Shown: piece by piece, positions 56,462-64,000 of the stretch
Layout of the letters: every line of letters starts with the position of its first letter
How positions within the stretch are numbered: position 1 is the first letter of the stretch
Assembly: GCA_965240325.2 (NCBI GenBank)
Contig: OZ251230.1
Location: 1,426,001 to 1,490,000 of the forward strand
Direction: 5' to 3'
DNA length: 64,000 bases
Origin: Rebecca billardiae RCC1528
Taxonomy: Eukaryota > Protista > Haptophyta
Notes under the pieces: generated by a model
The model's database searches: none
Seen by the model: the letters and a program-made list of their open reading frames with translations, nothing else
What the model was told of the DNA's origin: nothing
Made by a program: the position numbers and the translations under genes

Positions 56462-59365
56462 ATGGACACGCACGGCCCGCCGGAGAGGTCGTCTCTCGAG
56501 GCCTCTGCGCCGCTGCCGCCGCTCACGCTCTTCTTGCCGCTCGCGTCGGCGGGTGCTTCCATTTTCCTGTGCGTGGGCCACATCGTCGCATACCTCGCGA
56601 GCCGCCGGCTGCGGAGGCACCCAGCGAGCCTCGTGCTCGGCCGCACGCTGTACGACCTGGTCTTCTGCGTCCAGCTCGGCTACCAGCTGCTCGCGCAGAA
56701 GAGCCCGCTGGCGTGCAAGACGACGGCGACGCTCATGCAGTTCTCGATGCTCGCGTCCGAGTGCTGCTTCCTCGCCATCTCCTTCGACCTGCGCACGGCG
56801 CTGGCGAACCCGTTCCACAACTACCGCTCGGCGGCGCGGACGCTGCACGGCTCCGTCCTCGCGCTGAACGGCGCGGTGGCTGGCACGCTCGCGTGGCTGC
56901 AGAGCGGCGGCACGACACACTGCGGCTTTGCGAACGCCTCGCCGGTCGACAGCCCGGCCGAGTGCCTGCCGATCTGGCTCTCGTTCCGGCAGCTGGGCGG
57001 CGGCGCCGACTCGCTCATCGCGCTGTGCTGGGTGCGCGACGCGCGCGACGGCAGCGTCAACTGGCGCACCTCGGTCTTCCTCTTCCTGCCCGTGCTCCTC
57101 ATCTATGCGTATGCACTTCACACGTATCTCGCGGTGGCCGCCGTGCAGCTGCGCGCCGGAGGGCTCCGCTCCGCGCTGGAGACGCGCCGCGCCGTGCTCG
57201 AGCGGCAGCGCCGGCTGCTGTTCCTGTACCTCGCGTTCGTCGGGCTGCAGTCGCTGCCGTACCTCGCGCTGTTCCTGCTCACCCTCGCGAGCACCAACGC
57301 CCGCCCGCCCGCCGCGTGGCTGCGGTCCGCCTACTTTGTGGCTGCTGAGTTCTTCCTGGTGGTCGTGGGCGCGCGCGGCGCGGCGACGGTGGTCGGCTGG
57401 TCGCTGGCCGACCTGCCGAGCTGGGGCGAGGCGCTGGCGCGGACGCAGCGCGCGGAGGAGGAGGCGGGCAAGGAGGAGGACGCGACGCGGCCCGAGCTCA
57501 ACAACGCCCTACGCGAGGAGCTCCTGTACTTCACGGTGCTCGGCGTCGAGCGCGCCGTGATGTTTGAGGAGGCGCGCTCGGCGCTCGCGGCGGGCGCGGG
57601 CGTCAGCGCGGGCGTCACGCCGCGCGCGAGCTTCAGCGGCCGACGCTCGCTCAACCTGGACAGGCCGACGCTCGAGACGGTGCGCGAGGCGGCGCGCGCG
57701 CGAGATGCCTCGGCGCCTGAGCCCGCGCCCGCGCCCGAGCCCGCGGCCGTGCCGAGCGCGATGACGGAGCCCGCCATTGTGCACGCGGCCGCGTGCGCCG
57801 TCGACGCGGCCGCGGAGGGGTCCGCCGCGCTGCCGCTGCCCGTGGCGGCGGTGGTGTCGGGGGACGCGGAGGAGCGGCGGCGGCAGCGCGTCTCGGCGCC
57901 GCTGCCCGCGCTTCGCATGCGCACCGTCTCGCTCGCGCGGGAGAGCCACGTGGAGTGGAGCACACCCACTGTGATCGACCGCAGTGGCCTTGGCGGCGGC
58001 GGCGGCGGCGCGCGTGGCGGCAGCCGCGCCGAATCGACGCGCACGAGCTGCGCCGGCTGCACGCCCACGGCGACGGCGGCGGGCGGCGAGGAGGAGGAGG
58101 CGGACACGCTGGTGCGCGTGATTCACCACGGCGTCGTGCACGAACTCACCTCCGACGGCGTCCCCGCGCGCGCCTCGCCGATGCGCCTTGCCTTCCACGA
58201 GTACCACCCGGCGCGCTTCCGCCGCATCCGGCGCCGGCTCGGGATCTCCGCGTGCGACTATCTGGACAGCCTGCGCGAGAAGGGGCGGGAGCGCTTCAGC
58301 GAGGGCGCGTCGGGGGCGTTCCTCTTCTTCACGCGCGACGGTCGGTTCATCGTTAAGACCTGCACGCGCGCGGAGGCGCGCACGCTCCACCAGCTCGCGC
58401 CGGCGTACGAGGCGCACCTCGCCGCGCACCCGTCCTCGCTGGTGAGTAAGATACTTGGCTGCTACAAGATGGAGCTCTACGGGCGCAGCATCCGCGTGCT
58501 GGTGATGGCGAACGTGCTGCACGCGAGCACGCCGCTCCCGCCCGCCGAGGTGCCCGCCGCCGCCGCCGCCGCTGCCGCCTCCGCCAGCGGCGGCGTGGCC
58601 GACGTGCCGCCCGCGCAGCCGCCGGTCCGGATGTCCGAAGTCCGGGTCCATGAGCGCTACGACCTCAAGGGCTCGTGGGTCAACCGGCGCGCGCCCGCGG
58701 TCGCCGAGCTGCGCGGCCTGCCGCGGATGTGCCGGTACTGCGAGCGCCGCTTCGTCGTGGGCGACACGACGCCGTGCGAGCACCGCTTCAACAAGCCGTG
58801 CGCCCCCGACCAGCAGCTCAAGGACAACGACCTGCAGTACCGCCTCAACATGCGGCCGGCGCTCGCGCGCGCGCTCGCCGCCCAGCTCCGCGCCGACGTC
58901 GCCTTCCTCACGCGCGTGCGCGTGATGGACTACTCGCTGCTGCTCGGCGTGACGCGCGGGCGCTTCGACGTGCGCTCGGGCGCGGCGGCGGCCGCGGCGG
59001 CGCGCGGCTCGGCGGCCGAGCCGAGCGGCGCGCCGGCCGTGCTCGGCGCCGGGGCCGAGGGCGAGGTGCCCAGCCTCGGCCGGTCCGCGTCAGTGGCGTC
59101 CGACTCGGCCGCGACGCTCACCGAGCCGCTGCTCGAGCAGAGCGGCCGTTACGAGGCGGAGTTCATCCACGGCCCGCAGTACTACTACATCGGCATCATC
59201 GACATCCTGCAGAGCTGGGACTTGGACAAGAAGCGCGAGTACGTCGCCAAGATCCTCGCGGGGCGCAACCGGCACGGCATCTCGTGCGTGCCGCCCGCCG
59301 AGTACGCCGAGCGCTTTGTGCAGCGCGTGGTCGCGGCGATCGTCGAGGGCCGCGAGAACGTCTGA
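56462..59365 (+). CDS. GPCR-PIPK: 7TM receptor-like domain fused to a phosphatidylinositol-phosphate kinase
   Basis: About seven hydrophobic helices with cAR/secretin-like features (HPASLV, C..TATLMQF, FDL..ALANPF, CW); LR-x9-GV linker motif; PIPK motifs EGASGAFLFFTRDGRFIVKT, MANV, RYDLKGS, KDND, MDYSLLLG, IGIIDILQ. Start placed at MDTHG. Confidence 0.9.
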   Translation: MDTHGPPERSSLEASAPLPPLTLFLPLASAGASIFLCVGHIVAYLASRRLRRHPASLVLGRTLYDLVFCVQLGYQLLAQKSPLACKTTATLMQFSMLASECCFLAISFDLRTALANPFHNYRSAARTLHGSVLALNGAVAGTLAWLQSGGTTHCGFANASPVDSPAECLPIWLSFRQLGGGADSLIALCWVRDARDGSVNWRTSVFLFLPVLLIYAYALHTYLAVAAVQLRAGGLRSALETRRAVLERQRRLLFLYLAFVGLQSLPYLALFLLTLASTNARPPAAWLRSAYFVAAEFFLVVVGARGAATVVGWSLADLPSWGEALARTQRAEEEAGKEEDATRPELNNALREELLYFTVLGVERAVMFEEARSALAAGAGVSAGVTPRASFSGRRSLNLDRPTLETVREAARARDASAPEPAPAPEPAAVPSAMTEPAIVHAAACAVDAAAEGSAALPLPVAAVVSGDAEERRRQRVSAPLPALRMRTVSLARESHVEWSTPTVIDRSGLGGGGGGARGGSRAESTRTSCAGCTPTATAAGGEEEEADTLVRVIHHGVVHELTSDGVPARASPMRLAFHEYHPARFRRIRRRLGISACDYLDSLREKGRERFSEGASGAFLFFTRDGRFIVKTCTRAEARTLHQLAPAYEAHLAAHPSSLVSKILGCYKMELYGRSIRVLVMANVLHASTPLPPAEVPAAAAAAAASASGGVADVPPAQPPVRMSEVRVHERYDLKGSWVNRRAPAVAELRGLPRMCRYCERRFVVGDTTPCEHRFNKPCAPDQQLKDNDLQYRLNMRPALARALAAQLRADVAFLTRVRVMDYSLLLGVTRGRFDVRSGAAAAAAARGSAAEPSGAPAVLGAGAEGEVPSLGRSASVASDSAATLTEPLLEQSGRYEAEFIHGPQYYYIGIIDILQSWDLDKKREYVAKILAGRNRHGISCVPPAEYAERFVQRVVAAIVEGRENV

Positions 59366-59651
59366 TGAGGCTGCGGCGCTGCGCGCGGGGACTGTGCGCT
59401 CGGGCGCCGGGGCTGGATGGCGTGCGGCGCCCCAGAGCAGAGCTCATCTCGTCATCTGGTCCCGGATTCGGCAGGGCCGGCCGATCGATCCACAGTGCTG
59501 AGACGCTCGTGGCCGTCACTCACAGGCAGTCACTAGTCAGTGTCACTGATCAAATCGTAGTAACAGCAGTGTCACTAGTGCCTATATCATCAATGATCAC
59601 AGCAGCGCAGTCACGGCCCTTGGCGCAGTGACGCACAACACTTTATATTAA

Positions 59652-61290
59652 TGGCGGGCCGTAGGTCCGCCCCTTGTAGTGCCCGGGAAAAAGATAAGAA
59701 AAAGAAAAAGAAAAATAAAGAAAATCGCCTCGCAAAGAAAAGAAAATCGCCTCGCTCACTGCCGGGTCGCTTCGCTCACTACCAGACCGGGCGCCCTCGC
59801 AGCAAAGAAATATCGCAGCTCCCACTGGGGACGCTCGGCCGAAAACATGTCGGCCATGGCGCGGAGCGCGTGGGCGGCGCGCGCCAAATCCAACGCCGGA
59901 GCGGACATCGCGCGAGGATTCCCGAGACGTGTTTTCGCCCGATTCGCGTTTGCTGCCCTCGTCGTCTCGCGTGCAGGTCGAACGGGGGCTAAATCGACCC
60001 GTTTGGAGCGGTACGCTCGGCGCGTCGACACGATCGTGCGACCTGGGGCGATCCTCGCCCGACGTGCACGTCGAGCGCTCGCACCGGCCATAGCATCAAG
60101 CGCTGCGCACGATGGCCGCCTCGCGCGATTCACCGCCGCGCGTGGGGCTCGGTGCAAAACGGACCTCATCACGAGGCGTCTCGCGGGCGGGAAGCGCCAT
60201 CGCACGCGACGCAAGGTTTGGCGCGCGGCCTTCTGAACACCATATAATACTGTAACCGGAATCCACACACCGGACTGTCGCGTGCCCCGGTTGGCAAGGT
60301 CGGGCGCATGCAAATCCGTTTGCTACGATCGGTGGTGTTCCAGAGCGGGCGATCATCTTTCACGCTCGCGAGCTCGCGGCCAAAGATCGCTCGGCGCCTG
60401 GGGGCCCACGTCCGGCCTGCATGGCGTCGACGGTGACCAATGCGACGGAGGGGCAGCGCAAAGCGGCGTACGACGCGCACCGCACGCACCTCCCGGGTCT
60501 GTCGCCGTGGAAGGAACCGCATCTTCGCGAGTCGGCGACCCAGGCGACAGCGCGCTATGACCGAGCCAAAGCGCTCTTTCGCAGAGAGATGAGACGCCGA
60601 GCGTGCAACATCGCAGCGCCATCCTCGCCCATCAAGCGCACACTGCGGGAGGAGGCCGACGTCGTGAAGCCAGTGGCACATGCGCTGCGCTTCCTGTGCC
60701 TGCTCGAGCAGCGCGTGCCCACCCTCGATCGCGAGTGGCAAACGCTCTCGCACTGCGCGCGCGCGCACCACCGAGAGCTCCTGATACCGCCGAACGTGCG
60801 AGTGCCGGACCTGTCGCGCGGAGCGGCGAGCGCCGACGAGCGCTTGGACCTGGACGCGCTGTTGCGCAGCGTGGCGGCCGTGCACGACGCCGACGCGACC
60901 TTCGCCGAGCCCATCGTGCCCGGAGCGGATCGGGGTGTGTCGCCGAGCCCATCGTGCCCGGAGGGTGTGTCGCGAGGTCGATGCCAACCCCAGGCCGTCG
61001 CACGCCAATCAATTGGCAGTGCGTGCGCGCAGTCGAAGGCTCGGCACGATGACGAGTAGCGCAGTGGGTGCACGAATACACGCGCAATCACACTGTCGGT
61101 GAGCTCGCACCAGAGTCAAGTCTGTCGCGTTATTATTCGTCAGTGCCGTCCGGTAGCTCACCATCATCTGTATGTCGCATTGTTATTCGTCATCCTGCCC
61201 GTCAACCCGCTAAAAAGACGCGAACCCGCTGGGGAAATATTGCGACAGCACTGGCACGGCCCGCCGACCCCCCCGCCCGCCAGGGCCAGC
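59652..61290 (+). mobile_element. Possible further non-autonomous element (5' hairpin plus asymmetric inverted repeat)
   Basis: taa|T-GGCGGGCC-GTA-GGTCCGCC hairpin at 59653-59671; complement ACGGCCCGCC at 61256-61265; subterminal direct repeats AAAGAAAATCGCCTCGC at 59717-59733 and 59739-59755; right end not defined. Confidence 0.3.
60421..61059 (+). CDS. Hypothetical protein (possibly degenerate)
   Basis: 212-aa ATG ORF with a helical-looking N-terminal two-thirds; a 38-bp-period duplication (60902-60963) shifts the repeated peptide out of frame. Confidence 0.4.
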   Translation: MASTVTNATEGQRKAAYDAHRTHLPGLSPWKEPHLRESATQATARYDRAKALFRREMRRRACNIAAPSSPIKRTLREEADVVKPVAHALRFLCLLEQRVPTLDREWQTLSHCARAHHRELLIPPNVRVPDLSRGAASADERLDLDALLRSVAAVHDADATFAEPIVPGADRGVSPSPSCPEGVSRGRCQPQAVARQSIGSACAQSKARHDDE

Positions 61291-62022
61291 AGAGTTTTTA
61301 TTATTGCAGTTTACTGCGCCGGTCTGTTTTGTCGCGGTGTCTTTGACAGTGTCTTTGTGCAGTGTGGATTGACGACAGTACCCCAGGGGCGTTGCGCCAG
61401 CTGGACAAACGCCTTCCGGTCTTTTCAGTTCTGCGCTTTTCAAAACGAAATGTTCTGCGCTCTGTCCAACGGCAAAGCGCGGCGGATGGCGGCTTCGCCG
61501 CCGCATGGGCGGGCGATGGCCGTTGCCCGCATAAAACGTGCGTCGGAGGCACGGAAGCGGGCAGATGGCGCGTCGCACGCGTCGTGGAACTCGGTCGCGA
61601 CGCTCGCCAGCCTCAGCGCGCGCGGCGAAGCCACGTCCATGGGCGCCCAGCGTGCAGGCGGCACGGTCACGCCGCTCGGCCGCAGCGACCGGCCTCGCAC
61701 GCGTCCTTGCCGCGCGAAAGGGCATCCCAGCTGCGGTCATTCGACTTGTGCGTCAGGAGCAGTGTGCCAGCTAGCCGACGCGCACGCACCGCGAGCTGCA
61801 CGGCGTGCGCAAACGTAGCCCGCCGAGCGTGCGCCGATGCGGCACAGCGGGAGAGGGCCCCGATCCGAAGGCGACTCTCGTCAGAGGCCCTCCGTAGCTT
61901 CGTGATCTACGAAAGCTAGGCAGCTAGCGTCCTCGCGTTTGTCCAGCTGGCGCAACGCTCCGGTACTAGATGATGCTTCGGACCCCCCCCCCTGCTCGGC
62001 AATGCTCTGACGGGTGGGCGGC

Positions 62023-62922
62023 ATGGGCCCCAAGTGTGATCACGCGGGCTGCACCAAGTGGCCTTCATTCGGCATGCCGGGCGACGCGCGCGCCAGCCGG
62101 TGCGCTGCGCACAAGCTGGCCGGCATGGTCAACGTGGTGAGCCCCAAGTGTGGTCACGCCGGCTGCACCAAGCAGCCTCACTTCGGCATGCCGGGCGACG
62201 CGTGCGCCAGCCGGTGCGCTACGCACAAGCTGGCGGGCATGGTCGACGTGAAGCACCCCAAGTGTGATCACACCGGCTGCACCAAGGGGCCTTCGTTCGG
62301 CATGCCGGGCGACGCGCGCGCCAGCCGTTGCGCTACGCACAAGCTGGCCGGCATGGTCGACGTGAAGCACCCCAAGTGTGATCACACCGGCTGCACCAAG
62401 GAGCCTTCGTTCGGCATGCCGGACGACGCGCGCGCCAGCCGTTGCGCTACGCACAAGCTGGCCGGCATGGTATGCAGTCGGCTCGCCGTCCCCAAGCGCA
62501 GGCTGGAGCATGGCGCCGGCGACCAGGGCACGCGCGCCGCGAAGCGACAGCACAAACACAGCAGCAGCATTGTGGCTGTGTCGGACGCCGCGCCGCAGCT
62601 GCCCCCACCGCCGCCGCTGGTCGCAGTCAGCATCGTCCGCTGGCGCTCGCCAGATGGCACGATCCATTCGGTTGACGACGGGGTGGTCAATGATGGTGCC
62701 TGGGCCCTGGACGAGCGGTATCAGCGTGGTAACGCAGGTGACGACGCAGTCCGGGCTGCCCCTGGCAGCTTTGACCAGGGTCTACCAGGACTACCGTCAT
62801 CGTCGATGGCGGCGGGAGCAGCACGACTGCAGCAACCACAGGACATACCTGTGGTGATGGCCAGGAGGGTGGTCCGCGACCGCGCACGGGCTGATGAAGC
62901 CGTGAAGCGTGGCTCGTCGTGA
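62023..62922 (+). CDS. EsV-1-7-type cysteine-rich repeat protein (4 repeats of 38 aa), paralog of 34105-35013
   Basis: Same 114-bp repeat unit; shares tail motifs AAKRQ, LV.(A/V)S(V/I)V and PVVMARRV with the first copy; ATG at 62023. Confidence 0.8.
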   Translation: MGPKCDHAGCTKWPSFGMPGDARASRCAAHKLAGMVNVVSPKCGHAGCTKQPHFGMPGDACASRCATHKLAGMVDVKHPKCDHTGCTKGPSFGMPGDARASRCATHKLAGMVDVKHPKCDHTGCTKEPSFGMPDDARASRCATHKLAGMVCSRLAVPKRRLEHGAGDQGTRAAKRQHKHSSSIVAVSDAAPQLPPPPPLVAVSIVRWRSPDGTIHSVDDGVVNDGAWALDERYQRGNAGDDAVRAAPGSFDQGLPGLPSSSMAAGAARLQQPQDIPVVMARRVVRDRARADEAVKRGSS

Positions 62923-64000
62923 TGATCTTCCAACGATCATCCCGACGAGCTTCCGTTCGAGCGAGTGCTGGCATCGTGATCGGGCCGCCGATTGCAGCGA
63001 AATCCGAGACGGCCAGGCCGGGCACCGGGCCGCCGGGCACGGCTGAGAAGTTGATGACTTCGGCACCGCGCTCGACTTCACGTCCCTGTTCCGCTCTGAA
63101 AATCGACCGGCGCCCCTGACTCACGGCCGGCAAGGGCTGGCCCATCGAGCTGCTCATGTGAGACCTTATTCTGCTGCTGTATTCAAGTAGCTAGATGATG
63201 AATCAAATTCAATTCACTCACAGACCGACTCACCAGTCACCGAGAGTCACCCGCGTGACTCTTGTCAAGGACAAGTTACACTAGTGAGTGAGTGAGTCTA
63301 ACAGCGGACTAGTGACTGGGACCTGCCACTCAGCCAGGCCCAGGGCTCCGCACATCCGACATCGGCACGCTCGGCAGGCAGCTGGTGAGCTGCCCTTATT
63401 CCCGGAGGCGTGCGCGATGGCGCAGAAGCACGGCCACGGCCGCACGGGCCCGACACTGCGGAGAGTGCGGTGCATCTGCTCGACGTGGACCGTTACTGCT
63501 CGAGCACTGGCCTGACGCCCTGACTGACGAGTGACGGCTGACGCGGTAGTCGCGAGCTCGGAGCTGCTCGCGTGCAGCACGGGCCACGGCCTCCAGCACG
63601 GCCCGGGCGACTGGCGCTTCCGCCTGCGAGCCGCTGCCACCTAAACCAACTCTCCGACGACTCTCACTCTGACGATGTGACGATGTGTCGATAATGATGC
63701 GCAAAAGCGACGTAACCAGAGTGACTAACTGGTAGTCCCTGTTGACTCATAAGTATACAGTAGCATGGGCCTTGTCCTTGACAGTGTGATGACAGTAGTA
63801 CTGCTTACTGGCACCGCCCTTGCTGCCACTGGTCTGACAACTGAAACACGCACGGGCATTCAGTGCACAGTCCGGCTCAGCGGCTTGGAAGTCCGGCTGG
63901 TGCCGTCTTGTACTCTTTGTTCGAACTGAAGCGAGCAGCGGAGATTCCGCCATCGCGACATCCATGGCTGAGCAAGTGCGTCGCACGCTGGGCAGATTCA

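Noticed and set aside
48237-62922. Endogenous giant-virus insertion (ankyrin and EsV-1-7 genes)
   Set aside because: No viral hallmark genes (capsid, polB, packaging ATPase); the ankyrin genes have introns and host-like composition and are interleaved with ordinary host genes.
1-64000. tRNA, rRNA or an autonomous transposase/reverse transcriptase
   Set aside because: None recognisable by eye; tRNAscan/Infernal/HMM searches would be needed to exclude small or divergent ones.

Overview
Very GC-rich, gene-dense eukaryotic nuclear DNA. It has short GC-rich GT-AG introns, several signal/transit-peptide-bearing (probably plastid) proteins, and many head-to-head gene pairs. An alga with a complex plastid, such as a haptophyte, is my inference and is not proven. 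Recognisable genes: TrmA/RlmD-type RNA m5U methyltransferase, peptide deformylase (split by an artefactual 100-N gap), KDM5/JARID1 demethylase, exostosin GT47, fatty-acid hydroxylase/sterol desaturase, Cep57-like coiled-coil protein, START/polyketide cyclase, AMT1, a sulfotransferase-like protein, UDP-glucose dehydrogenase, DcpS, ISWI, a METTL21-like methyltransferase, dPGM, a tandem pair of ankyrin+MYND genes, an F-box-like/ankyrin gene, RsmD and a GPCR-PIP kinase fusion. Most notable: (1) an intronless membrane-anchored globin fused to a formiminotetrahydrofolate cyclodeaminase (FTCD_C) domain (37184-38545); (2) two EsV-1-7-type Cys/His repeat proteins whose near-identical 38-aa repeats vary at fixed positions, like a recognition code; (3) a nested non-autonomous transposon cluster at 13.3-21.1 kb, comprising two oppositely oriented elements with Helitron2/Helentron-like ends, one of them interrupted by a TIR element with a 10-bp TSD (Pack-MULE-like) that carries gene fragments and a 1-kb foldback. 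No rRNA, tRNA or CRISPR array was recognised. Intron coordinates were inferred by eye from GT/AG sites and restoration of protein motifs; no database searches were run.
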